Shown here: in pieces, positions 1-10,501 of the stretch
Layout: each line of letters begins with the position of its first letter
Numbering within the stretch: the first letter of the stretch is position 1
NCBI GenBank assembly: GCA_038893355.1
Contig: JAWARQ010000001.1
Location: 272,556-336,555 of the forward strand
Direction: 5' to 3'
DNA length: 64,000 nucleotides
Source of the DNA: Sulfolobaceae archaeon
Lineage (GTDB): Archaea > Thermoproteota > Thermoprotei_A > Sulfolobales > Sulfolobaceae
Made by a program: the position numbers and the translations under genes
Notes under the pieces: generated by a model
Seen by the model: the letters and a program-made list of their open reading frames with translations, nothing else
Database searches by the model: none
What the model was told of the DNA's origin: nothing

Positions 1-1
1 A

Positions 2-79
2 TCTTTCATAACTACTTCACCTTTCAATTCAATAGATGGACTTGAGCTTTTAAGGGGGTTAAAATACATTGAAAATTAG
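2..79 (+). CDS. purQ: Phosphoribosylformylglycinamidine synthase I, 3' fragment truncated by the window edge
   Basis: Frame 2 reads SFITTSPFNSIDGLELLRGLKYIEN*, resembling the PurQ C-terminus (DGLxLLRGL). It overlaps the purL start. Confidence 0.7.
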   Translation, partial: SFITTSPFNSIDGLELLRGLKYIEN

Positions 80-2201
80 TCTTACACCTAAGGAAATGGA
101 AATTATAAGACATAAATTAAAGAGAGAACCTAATGAGGTAGAATGGGCTATATTTGATGCTGTATGGTCTGAGCATTGTGCCTATAAATCCTCTAAATTC
201 TTCTTAAGAGGCTTTTCGTATAAGGATGAGAAAGTAATAATGGGAATTGAAGATTGGCAAGATGCTGGTGCTATCGATATAGGCGACGGATGGGCTTTAA
301 TACTAAAAGTAGAAAGCCATAATCATCCGTCAGCAGTTGATCCTTTTAATGGTGCTGCTACTGGCGTAGGCGGAATTATAAGGGATATTATAAGTAAGGG
401 TGCAAAACCAATAGCACTTCTAGATATGCTAAGAGTTGGAACAAATAGAAGAGCTAAATGGCTACTAAAGAACATAGTTGCAGGTATCGGTTTCTATGGA
501 AATAGCATAGGAGTGCCAGTAATAGGAGGAGAATTATCTTTTGACGAAAGTTATAATGATAATCCTCTGGTCGATGTAGCTGGTATAGGAATAGTAAGAA
601 AGGATAAGATAAAAGCTAGTGTAGTAAAAGAGTCAGGATTACTTTTAGTAATAGCAGGTGAAACTGGATTAGATGGAATTGGTGGTGCGTCATTTGCTTC
701 TAGGAAATTAAGCGGAGAGGACGAAAGAGGTGCAGTACAAATTGCCGATCCGTTTGCTGGAAAGATCATAATAGATGTGACCTTAAATATAGTTGATTAC
801 GTTGAAGCTATAAAAGATTTAGGAGGGGGTGGTTTAGCAGTAGCGGTTACAGAAATTTCTAATGGGCTTGGTGCGAGAGTTTATCTAGATAGACTTCCAT
901 TAAAGGTAAAGGAATTATCTCCACTAGAAATGATAGTCTCTGAGACGCAAGAAAGAATGTTATATGCTGTAAAGCCAGAGAATGTAGATAAAGTCTGCAA
1001 AGAATTTGAATACTACGAATACCCTTGTGCAGTTATCGGGGAAATAACATCAGATCATTATATTAGATTCTTCTATAATAATATAGAAATTGCTTCTTTA
1101 CCCTCAAATTTATTATTAGACCCTCCGATATATGTGTGGGATATTAGAAGACCAAAGAATAAATCGAATTTAGGAGATAATAGAGTAATTGAAGTTGAAT
1201 TAGAAACTGCGATTAGGAAGGTAATTTCTCACCCAGATCTAGTAAGTAAGGAATGGGTTTATTCACAGTATGATTATGAAGTAGGTACTTCTACAGTAAT
1301 AAAGCCTGGTGAAGCAGATGCAGCAGTCATTGAACTTCCTAATCATAAGTTTCTGGCAGTTAAAGGGGATGCTAATCCAGATTGGTGTAGTGTCGATCCA
1401 TATGAATGTGGTAAAGGTATAGTTGGTGAGGCATATAGAAATCTCGCGACAGTAGGTGCTAGAGGAGTAGCAATGGTAGATCATCTGCAGTTTGGAGATC
1501 CAAGAAAGCCAGAAATCTACTATTACTTTGAAGAAGCATTAAGGGGTATAGCAGAAGCTTCAAGATTTTTTAAAATCCCTATAGTTGGTGGAAAGGTTTC
1601 TTTCTATAATGAGAATAATAAAGGAGAAGCAATAAAGCCTACACCATTAATAGTAATGGCTGGTTTAGTGGATGGTAAGGTGCTAAGGAATAAGGTCGAG
1701 GAGGGTCTATACATAGTTCTAATAGGATTTACTAGGGAGGAAATGAACGGATCTCTGTTATGTAAAATCTTTGGAAATTATGGATCACCAATGAAGTCAC
1801 GTCTGGAAGAGGATAGAGTAGCTAGTGAAATAGTCATATCATCTATAAATTCTTCTAATATAACTTTTGCAAAAGATGTTAGTAAAGGAGGAATAATAGG
1901 TGCGATCTTACCTATACTTGCTAAAGGTTTTGGGGTAAAAATAAATACTTACAATATTCGTGCAGATACCGATTCTATTCTTCATAAACTCTTCTCGGAA
2001 AGTGCAGGCAGGTTTATTGTTCTCACGTCAGAGCCAGATAGTATTATTCAATTATCCCATAAATTTGGAGTAGTTAGCTCAGTTATAGGCAAGACAACAA
2101 CTGTATCATATTCGCTTAATGTCGATGATAATGTATTTGATTTAACTAGAGAGATTGAGAATTATTATAATTACCTTGAGTTGGTGATGAGTAATGATTA
2201 G
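69..2201 (+). CDS. purL: Phosphoribosylformylglycinamidine synthase II
   Basis: WSEHCAYKSS, KVESHNHPS, GAATGVGGIIRDI and SETQERM motifs. Confidence 0.97.
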   Translation: MKISLTPKEMEIIRHKLKREPNEVEWAIFDAVWSEHCAYKSSKFFLRGFSYKDEKVIMGIEDWQDAGAIDIGDGWALILKVESHNHPSAVDPFNGAATGVGGIIRDIISKGAKPIALLDMLRVGTNRRAKWLLKNIVAGIGFYGNSIGVPVIGGELSFDESYNDNPLVDVAGIGIVRKDKIKASVVKESGLLLVIAGETGLDGIGGASFASRKLSGEDERGAVQIADPFAGKIIIDVTLNIVDYVEAIKDLGGGGLAVAVTEISNGLGARVYLDRLPLKVKELSPLEMIVSETQERMLYAVKPENVDKVCKEFEYYEYPCAVIGEITSDHYIRFFYNNIEIASLPSNLLLDPPIYVWDIRRPKNKSNLGDNRVIEVELETAIRKVISHPDLVSKEWVYSQYDYEVGTSTVIKPGEADAAVIELPNHKFLAVKGDANPDWCSVDPYECGKGIVGEAYRNLATVGARGVAMVDHLQFGDPRKPEIYYYFEEALRGIAEASRFFKIPIVGGKVSFYNENNKGEAIKPTPLIVMAGLVDGKVLRNKVEEGLYIVLIGFTREEMNGSLLCKIFGNYGSPMKSRLEEDRVASEIVISSINSSNITFAKDVSKGGIIGAILPILAKGFGVKINTYNIRADTDSILHKLFSESAGRFIVLTSEPDSIIQLSHKFGVVSSVIGKTTTVSYSLNVDDNVFDLTREIENYYNYLELVMSND

Positions 2202-3540
2202 AGAACATTGTGGTGTTGTGGCAGTAAGGGGCAAAGACGCTGTTAAAATTGCATATGAGGCGTTAAAGTTATTACAACATAGGGGTCAGGAGTCTGCAGG
2301 GATAGCGTTTGTTAAGAGGGGAAAGATCTATATAGAGAAGGGGTTAGGATTAGTTGAAGAGGCACTAAGGGAGAGTATAGTTAATGAGGAAAGCGAGGCA
2401 GCAATAGGTCATGTAAGGTATTCTACAACTGGGCAGAGTTCTATAGTTGAGGCACAACCTATTAGTAGCAATGAACTAGCGCTTGCATTTAATGGTAATA
2501 TTACTAATTATTTTGAACTAGACATAGAAGCTAAAACTGATACGGAATTTATATTACACTTCCTAGAAAGTAGAAAGGAAAAATCTATTATTTCTAGGCT
2601 AATTGAATTCTCTAAAGTTTCTGATGGTTCGTTCTCGATTGTGATATTAACTAGAGAGGGTGAGATTATAGGCTTTAGGGATCCGCGCGGATTTAGACCT
2701 TTAAGTGTAGGTAAAGTTGGTAATAGTATAATTATTGCTTCTGAAGACTCAGTAATAAGGCAATTAGGTGGTGAGGAAGTAAGGGATGTTTTACCTGGCG
2801 AGATCTTAATGATAAAAGGGAATGATATGCTTAGTATAAGGGTTAAAAGCTCATATAGCATTAGTACTTGTGCTTTTGAATACATTTATTTTTCAAGACC
2901 AGATACAAAAATAGATGGAATATCCGTATATTTAGCTAGGGTAAGGTTAGGTGAGATACTTGCAGAAAATCATCCAGCTAATGCGGATATAGTAACATAC
3001 GTACCAGACTCTTCAAGACCAATAGCTATAGGATTTAGCAGAAAGAGTAAATTACCTTTAGAAGAGGCGATTTTCAAAACTTTTATTTCAAAACGTTCAT
3101 TTATCATGCCTAATCAAGATAAACGATTAAGTATGATTGAGGAAAAATTTGGTATTGTAGCCGATGTAGTTTATGATAAGAGAATAGTGTTAATTGACGA
3201 TTCTATAGTTAGGGGTAATACTTTAAGAAAAATAATAGCTAGATTGAGAGATGCTGGTGCAAAGGAAATCCATGTTCGTATTGGCTCACCTATGATAAGA
3301 TATCCATGTTATATGGGTATTGACTTTCCTACTAGACATGAGCTCATAGCTTATAATCGAAATGAAAAGGAAATCGCAAATATCTTAGGAGCAGATTCGC
3401 TAGAATATTTAACTATTGATGAATTAATTAAAGGAATAGGAAGAAAAGATTTATGCTTAGCATGCTTTAGTGGTAATTATCCTTTATCTAAAAGTTATGA
3501 CATCTCTCTACTCGAATCCGTTTTTAGTAGGGGGAAATAG
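2194..3540 (+). CDS. purF: Amidophosphoribosyltransferase
   Basis: EHCG N-terminal nucleophile, QHRGQESAG, GHVRYST, IDDSIVRGNT PRPP loop, Fe-S cysteines. Confidence 0.96.
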   Translation: MIREHCGVVAVRGKDAVKIAYEALKLLQHRGQESAGIAFVKRGKIYIEKGLGLVEEALRESIVNEESEAAIGHVRYSTTGQSSIVEAQPISSNELALAFNGNITNYFELDIEAKTDTEFILHFLESRKEKSIISRLIEFSKVSDGSFSIVILTREGEIIGFRDPRGFRPLSVGKVGNSIIIASEDSVIRQLGGEEVRDVLPGEILMIKGNDMLSIRVKSSYSISTCAFEYIYFSRPDTKIDGISVYLARVRLGEILAENHPANADIVTYVPDSSRPIAIGFSRKSKLPLEEAIFKTFISKRSFIMPNQDKRLSMIEEKFGIVADVVYDKRIVLIDDSIVRGNTLRKIIARLRDAGAKEIHVRIGSPMIRYPCYMGIDFPTRHELIAYNRNEKEIANILGADSLEYLTIDELIKGIGRKDLCLACFSGNYPLSKSYDISLLESVFSRGK

Positions 3541-3542
3541 TT

Positions 3543-4757
3543 ATGGGAGGAATAGTTGGAATATTAGCGTTTGATAAGGTATGGAATGTAGCACCATTTA
3601 TAAAGTATTCTCTTATGGGACTTCAGCATAGAGGATATAGAAGTACTTTCATAGGACTTCTAAATGAAGGTAGTTTAAGTAGTAAGGAGTTTAGCGCAGC
3701 GCCAGAAGATATTGAAATTGAAGGCCTTAATGGTTGGATAGGTGTAGGTGAGAATTCAAGTTCTGGGAAAAACTATGTAGTATCTAATAATGGTATTTTA
3801 GTTTATGACGGTTATGTTAGCAATCCGAAAGAGCTAATCGAATGCGTAGAGAAAGATTATGAAAAAGTACTAGAGAACGATTTGGGCATTTTTTCAATGA
3901 TTTATCTGTCAAGATCTGGATATATTATAGGTTTTAGAGACGAAAGCGGTATAAAGCCTTTATGGCTAGGAGGATTTGGATTTGATTTAGCAATTCTTGC
4001 ATCAGAGTCAGTAGGTATTAGTGTAATTGGTGCAGAACCTATAAGAGAAGTTAAGCCGGGAGAAGTTATATTCATTGATAGATACAGAGTTCATTCAAAA
4101 CAGTTAAAGGAGCCAAAACCGCAATATTGTAGTATAGAGTATATATACCAATCAAGAATTGATAGTGTTTATAATGGTTCGGCAATCTACGATGTTAGAA
4201 TTAAAATAGGTGAGGAATTAGCTAAAGAGAGGCCAATAGTTGCAGATGTAGTTATAGGAGTACCAGATACTGCAATTCCTTTCGCGATAGGTTATGCTAG
4301 GGCTTTGGGTTTAAGATTTGATTTAGGATTTGCAAGGACAGGCAGCCCAATAAGGACAATGTTAGCTTCAGATGAATTCATGAAGGTAGTAGGGGTTCAA
4401 CTTAAATTAAATCCAATACAATCGGCTGTTTCTGGAAAGCGAGTAGTTTTAATAGACGATTCTATGGTTACGGGGACTACTCTAAAATTAACTGCATTTA
4501 TGCTAAGAAAAATGGGAGCTAAGGAAATCCATGTTCTTATTGGCAGTCCTAAGTTAACTAATAAATGTCCTTATGGTGTTGAAATACCAGATCAAAAGTA
4601 TTTGATAGCAGCAAATTTAGATGAAAGGTCTATTATAAGAGAATTAGGTGTAGATTCTATATATTGGTTAAGTATAGACGGGTTATATAGAGTCATAGGG
4701 CATAAAAATTTATGTTTAGGTTGTATGTTAGGAAAATATCCTAAAGTGGTGAAATAG
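3543..4757 (+). CDS. PurF paralog lacking the N-terminal catalytic Cys
   Basis: Starts MGGIVG instead of CG; keeps LQHRG, IDDSMVTGTT, CPYG and CLGC. Confidence 0.85.
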   Translation: MGGIVGILAFDKVWNVAPFIKYSLMGLQHRGYRSTFIGLLNEGSLSSKEFSAAPEDIEIEGLNGWIGVGENSSSGKNYVVSNNGILVYDGYVSNPKELIECVEKDYEKVLENDLGIFSMIYLSRSGYIIGFRDESGIKPLWLGGFGFDLAILASESVGISVIGAEPIREVKPGEVIFIDRYRVHSKQLKEPKPQYCSIEYIYQSRIDSVYNGSAIYDVRIKIGEELAKERPIVADVVIGVPDTAIPFAIGYARALGLRFDLGFARTGSPIRTMLASDEFMKVVGVQLKLNPIQSAVSGKRVVLIDDSMVTGTTLKLTAFMLRKMGAKEIHVLIGSPKLTNKCPYGVEIPDQKYLIAANLDERSIIRELGVDSIYWLSIDGLYRVIGHKNLCLGCMLGKYPKVVK

Positions 4758-6188
4758 ATGAAAAAAGTCTTGTTAATTGGTGATGGTGCAAGAGAACATG
4801 CACTAGCAGATGCTTTAATGAGATCTAATGAAGGTTATAGAGTTTTTGCAATTTCAAGTTATAGAAACCCTGGAATAGATGAAGTAGTTAGAGCTACTGG
4901 CGGAGAATACTATTTCGGTAATATAAACTCTAGAGAGGTAATTAGAAAAGTAATAAATTTAGTTAATCCGGATTTCGGAGTAATAGGACCGGAGGAACCA
5001 TTATTTCATGGAATAAGTGATGAATTTCGAGAAAATGGAATTCCAGTTGTTGGGCCTTCTAGTAAATGTGCTATGATAGAAAAATCTAAGGTGTGGATGA
5101 GGGAGTTAATGTGGAAGTATAAGATACCCGGGAGACTAAGATTTAAGGCTTTTATTAGTATAGAGGATGCTATAAGTTTTATTATTCAAAAATCTGGTTC
5201 GATTGTTATCAAACCTGCAGAACAGGCTGGCGGAAAGGGTGTAAAAGTCATTGCTGATATCCAAAGATATCTATCTAATGAGAAAAAGAGCGCTGCTGTT
5301 AAAAGTTTAAAAGAAATAAGTAGTCTTGCAAAGGGAGAATATAAGATACTAGTAGAAGAAAAAGTTGACGGTATTGAATATACATTACATATTCTAACTG
5401 ATGGAAAATCTTTTCTTGCCTTACCATTAGCCCAAGATTATAAACATGCATATTCAGAAGGTATAGGGCCAGAAACTGGAGGTATGGGATCAATATCTGG
5501 ACCCGGCTATTTATTACCGTTCATTAATGAAGAAGAGCATAGGAAAACGGTAGAGATAATAACTATGACTATTCAAGCTATACAGAGAGAAACAAATGAA
5601 AAATACATAGGCATTATTGGGGGTCAAATGATGCTAACAGATTTATGGGGACCAACCCTAATAGAATTTTACGCTAGAATGGGAGATCCCGAGACTTCTG
5701 CAATATTACCTAGAATAATAGAGGATTATGGTAGAATTTTAGAGTTAACAGCAACTGGTCATATTAATAAAGGGAAATTAGAAATCAAAGAAGATATATC
5801 TGTAGTTAGGGCGATAGCTCCATTAGGATATCCTATAGATAGGCAAATGGCTTCTAATAAAGAAATTTATATAGATATTAATAAATTAAAAGAAGAAGGT
5901 TGTTATATATACTTTGGATCTGTTGCACTAGAAGGCATGAAACTTATTACTAAAGGCTCTAGAGCACTCGAGATAGGCGTGGTTTCAAGAAATTATCCTT
6001 CAGCAATTGAAAAGTTAGATAAATGTATCAAATATATTAATTCAAATACTGTACTAATATATAGGACTGATATAGGGCGAGATATAGAAAAAATGATAAA
6101 TAAATCACAGATAATAAGGTATTCCTATTTGAAGAGAATAGAAAATGGAACTTTAGGTAGTAGTGAAGAGTGGTACGAATATGTCTGA
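4758..6188 (+). CDS. purD: Phosphoribosylamine-glycine ligase
   Basis: IGDGAREHAL, GPEEPL, QDYKH, GPETGGMGS and ARMGDPE motifs. Confidence 0.96.
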   Translation: MKKVLLIGDGAREHALADALMRSNEGYRVFAISSYRNPGIDEVVRATGGEYYFGNINSREVIRKVINLVNPDFGVIGPEEPLFHGISDEFRENGIPVVGPSSKCAMIEKSKVWMRELMWKYKIPGRLRFKAFISIEDAISFIIQKSGSIVIKPAEQAGGKGVKVIADIQRYLSNEKKSAAVKSLKEISSLAKGEYKILVEEKVDGIEYTLHILTDGKSFLALPLAQDYKHAYSEGIGPETGGMGSISGPGYLLPFINEEEHRKTVEIITMTIQAIQRETNEKYIGIIGGQMMLTDLWGPTLIEFYARMGDPETSAILPRIIEDYGRILELTATGHINKGKLEIKEDISVVRAIAPLGYPIDRQMASNKEIYIDINKLKEEGCYIYFGSVALEGMKLITKGSRALEIGVVSRNYPSAIEKLDKCIKYINSNTVLIYRTDIGRDIEKMINKSQIIRYSYLKRIENGTLGSSEEWYEYV

Positions 6189-7143
6189 GTATAAGAAGGC
6201 AGGGGTGGATTTAGATAAATTAAGGGAGTATCATGATATAATAAAGAGCAAAATTACTTCAATATACTCTAAAACTATCCTAGGTGCAGGACATTATGCA
6301 GGAGTTTTAGAACTAGGTGGGATTAAATTAGCACTTCATGTTGATGGTGTAGGAACAAAAACTGAGTTAGCATTAAAGACTGGAATAGTTAAGCCTATTG
6401 GAATAGATTGTGTTGCTATGAACGTTAATGATTTATTATGCGTTGGTGCTACTCCTATAGCAATCTTAGATTACATAGCATTGGAAAAGCCTATGGATTA
6501 TGTTATAAGAGAGATTATTGACGGATTAATGGAAGGTGCTAGAGAGTCAAACGTAGAGATTGTAGGTGGGGAAACTGCAATTATGCCAGGAGTTATTAAA
6601 GGTTTTGATATAGCATGTACTGGAATTGGTATTGTAAAGGAATTAAAAGTAGGAGATCAAGTAAAACCTGGAGATATAGTTTTAGGGTTAGAAAGTAATG
6701 GAGTCCATGCTAACGGTTTTTCGTTAATAAGAAGATTAATTTCTGAAGGAAGGTTAGATCTAGAAAGTTGGAAAGATGAACTGTTAAAGCCAACTAAAAT
6801 TTACGTTAAGGTATTAGAAGTTATAGATAAGATTAAAGGTTTAGCTCATATCACTGGTGGTTCTTTTTTAAAAATTAAAAGGATAACAAATTATAAAGTC
6901 GTACTAAATTTACCAGAACCTCCAGAAATTTTTAAGGCGATTGAGAATGCTGGAGTATCTCATGAGGAAATGCATAGAGTGTTTAATATGGGTATTGGAA
7001 TGGTTGTTTTTGTAAGCCCTAATTTAGAAAAAGAGGTAATAAAAGTTTTATCCAACTACTTTAACGTATACAAACTAGGTATAGTAGAAGACGGTAGCGG
7101 GATAATAATAAAGAGTTATAAGAACCTTATTCTAAGATTATAG
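6181..7143 (+). CDS. purM: Phosphoribosylformylglycinamidine cyclo-ligase (AIR synthetase)
   Basis: YKKAGVD, DGVGTK, GGETA, SNGVHANG, HITGG and FNMGIG motifs. The ATG at 6181 is preferred over the track start at 6163. Confidence 0.96.
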   Translation: MSEYKKAGVDLDKLREYHDIIKSKITSIYSKTILGAGHYAGVLELGGIKLALHVDGVGTKTELALKTGIVKPIGIDCVAMNVNDLLCVGATPIAILDYIALEKPMDYVIREIIDGLMEGARESNVEIVGGETAIMPGVIKGFDIACTGIGIVKELKVGDQVKPGDIVLGLESNGVHANGFSLIRRLISEGRLDLESWKDELLKPTKIYVKVLEVIDKIKGLAHITGGSFLKIKRITNYKVVLNLPEPPEIFKAIENAGVSHEEMHRVFNMGIGMVVFVSPNLEKEVIKVLSNYFNVYKLGIVEDGSGIIIKSYKNLILRL

Positions 7144-7199
7144 AATGAAAAGAAGTCCTTTTTAACCTCTTTGTGGTAAAGACTAGTTTAGTGACCTAT

Positions 7200-7655
7200 A
7201 TGAAACAAGTAGACATCAAGTCATTGGTAAACTATATAGCATTAAAGATATTAGGTGGAAGTGATTTCATTATTGAAGCATTAGAAGAGTACTTGGTAAA
7301 GGGTGAAGGACCAGCTACTGTAGCTCATAAGTATAATATTTCGAAGCATCAGCTAAGGGGTTATGCGCAAAGGATAATAGAAAAGAGTGGAAGTGAGATA
7401 AGAGCTAAGAAGTTAATTCCGATACTTAAACAAGCAGCTGCTGATATAAAGCCTATAGTAAAGAAGTCACCGGAAGATGAATATTATGTATGTGAATTAT
7501 GTAATTTAACAATGAATAGAGAAGATGGTGAGGAGCATGTTAGAAAGAATCATAAAGAGGCTTTAGCTTTAGCTACTAAGAAAATGTTAGATTATATTGA
7601 AAGTATTAAACAAGAGAGACAAAAACAAGCCATAATATTTACATCGGCAAGTTAA
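7200..7655 (+). CDS. Hypothetical protein with a putative HTH and a C2H2-type zinc finger
   Basis: GPATVAHKYNISKHQLRGY is HTH-like; YVCELC...HVRKNH. ATG at 7200; the track starts at GTG 7173. Confidence 0.7.
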   Translation: MKQVDIKSLVNYIALKILGGSDFIIEALEEYLVKGEGPATVAHKYNISKHQLRGYAQRIIEKSGSEIRAKKLIPILKQAAADIKPIVKKSPEDEYYVCELCNLTMNREDGEEHVRKNHKEALALATKKMLDYIESIKQERQKQAIIFTSAS

Positions 7656-7749
7656 TTATTTTAAAACCTTCCGGGATTTTAGATATTTATACTTCTATTG
7701 TTGTATATACTGGGAAATATTTTTATATATGTAATACTATTTTTTATTC

Positions 7750-7908
7750 ATGAAACGTGTTATTAGTGTAAGATTGAAAGAAGACATTGTAAAGAAAATA
7801 GATAACTTATGTAAAAATAAGAAATTTGAGAATAGAACTGAATTCTTAAGAAGAGCCTTAGAATTTTATGTCGATCTTCATAAAGATAAAATTAAGAGAA
7901 ACCTTTAG
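7750..7908 (+). CDS. Ribbon-helix-helix (CopG/NikR-N-like) DNA-binding protein, 52 aa, absent from the ORF track
   Basis: Manual translation MKRVISVRLKEDIVKKIDNLCKNKKFENRTEFLRRALEFYVDLHKDKIKRNL*. TATA-like TTTTATATAT at 7721-7730. Confidence 0.85.
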   Translation: MKRVISVRLKEDIVKKIDNLCKNKKFENRTEFLRRALEFYVDLHKDKIKRNL

Positions 7909-7985
7909 CATTCTATAAATTTAGAATACCTTTTTTTAAGGAATCACGAATTTTATAAGCCTTATATTCACGAAAAAATGTCGAT

Positions 7986-9161
7986 ATGAAAATAGTACTT
8001 GCATATTCTGGAGGTCTTGATACTACAGTTTCAATAAGGTGGTTAAAGGAAACCTTTAATGCTGAAGTTATAACAGTTACTGTCGATGTTGGACAGAAAG
8101 AGGATTTTAAGAACATAGAAGAAAGAGCTTATATTGCAGGATCAGTAAAGCATTACTTGATTGATGCTAAAGAGGAGTTTGTAAATGATTATATAATACC
8201 TTGCATAAAGATGAATGGTTTATATGAAGATGTTTATCCACTTTCTACTGCTTTAGCAAGGCCTTTAATAGCTAAAAAAGTTGTAGAAGTTGCCAAGAAA
8301 GAAGGAGCAGAGTATATAGCTCATGGTTCTACATCAAAGGGAAATGATCAAGTAAGGTTTGATTTATCGTTAAAGGCACTATATCCTGAAGTTAAGATAA
8401 TTGCACCTGCAAGAATATGGAAGATGACTAGAGAAGATGAAATTGTATATGCAAGAAGTAGGGGTATACCAATAAAGCAAGAAAGTAGTAAATTTAGCAT
8501 TGATGAAAATTTATGGGGCAGGAGTATTGAGGGGGACATAATAGCAGATCCTGCAGTTGAAGTTCCAGAGGAAGCATTTGAATGGACAAAAAGAGTTAAA
8601 AATGAACCGTTAAATTTGAGTATAGAATTTGAAAGAGGAATTCCAATAAGCATAAATGGTAATAAAATGAATATATTAGATTTAATAATTTATTTAAATA
8701 ATGAAGTAGGAAAGCATGGTTTTGGTAGAGTGGAACACTTAGAAAATAGGGTTGTAGGTTTTAAATCAAGAGAAGTATATGAGGCCCCTGCTGCACTTAC
8801 ATTGATATATGCGCATAAGGATCTAGAAAAGACGGTATATACACCATTGGAGTTAAGATTTAAGAAACAAATTGATATTCAATGGGCTGACTTAGTATAT
8901 CAAGGCTTATGGTTTGAACCCTTGAGGGATACGATTCAGTTAGCAGGGGATAATTTAAATAGATGGGTTGAAGGTGAAGTTAAGATAAGAGTAGAGGCAA
9001 ATAGCTTAACGATATTAGGAAGGAGCTCAAGATTTTCGCCATATTCTGAAAAGATTGCGAGTTACAATAAAGGATGGTATCCTTCTGATGAGATGGCTAG
9101 GGGGTTTATAGAGATTTTTGGTATGCATTCATTACTTGCAAGAAGAGTGAGGTACGGTTAA
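7986..9161 (+). CDS. argG: Argininosuccinate synthase
   Basis: [29 protein letters not shown] and KSREVYE motifs. Confidence 0.97.
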   Translation: MKIVLAYSGGLDTTVSIRWLKETFNAEVITVTVDVGQKEDFKNIEERAYIAGSVKHYLIDAKEEFVNDYIIPCIKMNGLYEDVYPLSTALARPLIAKKVVEVAKKEGAEYIAHGSTSKGNDQVRFDLSLKALYPEVKIIAPARIWKMTREDEIVYARSRGIPIKQESSKFSIDENLWGRSIEGDIIADPAVEVPEEAFEWTKRVKNEPLNLSIEFERGIPISINGNKMNILDLIIYLNNEVGKHGFGRVEHLENRVVGFKSREVYEAPAALTLIYAHKDLEKTVYTPLELRFKKQIDIQWADLVYQGLWFEPLRDTIQLAGDNLNRWVEGEVKIRVEANSLTILGRSSRFSPYSEKIASYNKGWYPSDEMARGFIEIFGMHSLLARRVRYG

Positions 9162-10501
9162 TGATATATAGAAAGTGGGGTTCAAATAAAGACTTTGTCA
9201 TTAAATACACTTCATCCTTAGATAGTGACAAGTATATCATAGAAGAAGTAAAATTAGTTATGAAAGTTCACGTAATAGAGCTTTTCCTTTCGAAATATAT
9301 CGACGAAAATGTAGCATCCTCAATTATAAAATCAATAAACAGTTTTACTATGGACGAGAAAGGAGAATTTGAGGATATTCATGAAGCATTAGAGGCTTAT
9401 ATACTTAAACAATTAGGGGAGGTTGGTGGATGGATAGGATTAGGAAGAAGTAGAAATGATCACGTTGCTACTGCACTAAGAATTAAAATGAGAAATGAAA
9501 TTATAGATATTTTAGAAAAAATGCTGAATTTTAGAAAAAATATTATAAGTAATGCGGAAGCTAATTTAGAAACTATAATACCATCTTTTACTCATTTTCA
9601 ACCTGCACAACCTACGACATTAGCTCATTATTTTCTCTATATAGAAGAAGAACTCTCATCTAGATGGGAGACTCTATTCTCTATTTTAAAATTAGTGAAT
9701 AGATCACCTTTAGGTAGCGGGGCTATTGTAGGAAGTAACATAGCACTAAATAGGCTTAGGGAAGCAGAGATGTTAGGATTTGAGAGTATAATAGAAAATA
9801 CGTTATATGCAACTTCAACTCGCTCTGATTTGATATCAGCTGTAAATGAGATGTGCCTAACGCTAGTTTCATTGAGTAGAATTGCAGAGGATTTAATACT
9901 ACTATCGTCAAAGTTCGTAGGAATATTAATGTTACCAGACACTCATGTTTCAACGAGCAGTTTGATGCCACAAAAAAGAAATGCAGTAACAATGGAAATA
10001 TTGAGGTCTAAGGCTGGAGTATGCATTGGAATAGTTTCAACTCTTCTCTCAGTATATAAATCTTTGCCATCTGGATACAATCTTGACTTGCAGGAATTGA
10101 ATTCATACTACTGGAAAATAACTGAAGATCTTAAAGATGCTATAGAAGTACTGAATGATATTTTACTTGGTTTAAAGGTTTTAAAAGAGTATGACGATAA
10201 GGAGTTTCTATCTACTGATGTAGCTGAAATAAGAAGTGTAAGGGAAGGAAAACCTTATAGAAAAATTTATAATGAAATTGTAGAAAAGATTAGAGCGGGC
10301 GTCTTTATTGCCGAGATGTCTCCTTTAGACTCTATAAAGCTGAAAAAGGTAGAAGGTTCTCCGAATCCAGAATTTCTAAAAATTTCGATAAAAAACGCAA
10401 GTAAAAGAGTAGAAGATCATGAAAATATGTTGAAGTCATATAAGGAGAGAATACAATTAGGCTTAGCTCAACTTAGGGCGATTGAAAATGAGCTTATGTA
10501 A
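9161..10501 (+). CDS. argH: Argininosuccinate lyase
   Basis: GRSRNDHVAT, THFQPAQP and SSLMPQKRN motifs. Confidence 0.96.
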   Translation: MIYRKWGSNKDFVIKYTSSLDSDKYIIEEVKLVMKVHVIELFLSKYIDENVASSIIKSINSFTMDEKGEFEDIHEALEAYILKQLGEVGGWIGLGRSRNDHVATALRIKMRNEIIDILEKMLNFRKNIISNAEANLETIIPSFTHFQPAQPTTLAHYFLYIEEELSSRWETLFSILKLVNRSPLGSGAIVGSNIALNRLREAEMLGFESIIENTLYATSTRSDLISAVNEMCLTLVSLSRIAEDLILLSSKFVGILMLPDTHVSTSSLMPQKRNAVTMEILRSKAGVCIGIVSTLLSVYKSLPSGYNLDLQELNSYYWKITEDLKDAIEVLNDILLGLKVLKEYDDKEFLSTDVAEIRSVREGKPYRKIYNEIVEKIRAGVFIAEMSPLDSIKLKKVEGSPNPEFLKISIKNASKRVEDHENMLKSYKERIQLGLAQLRAIENELM

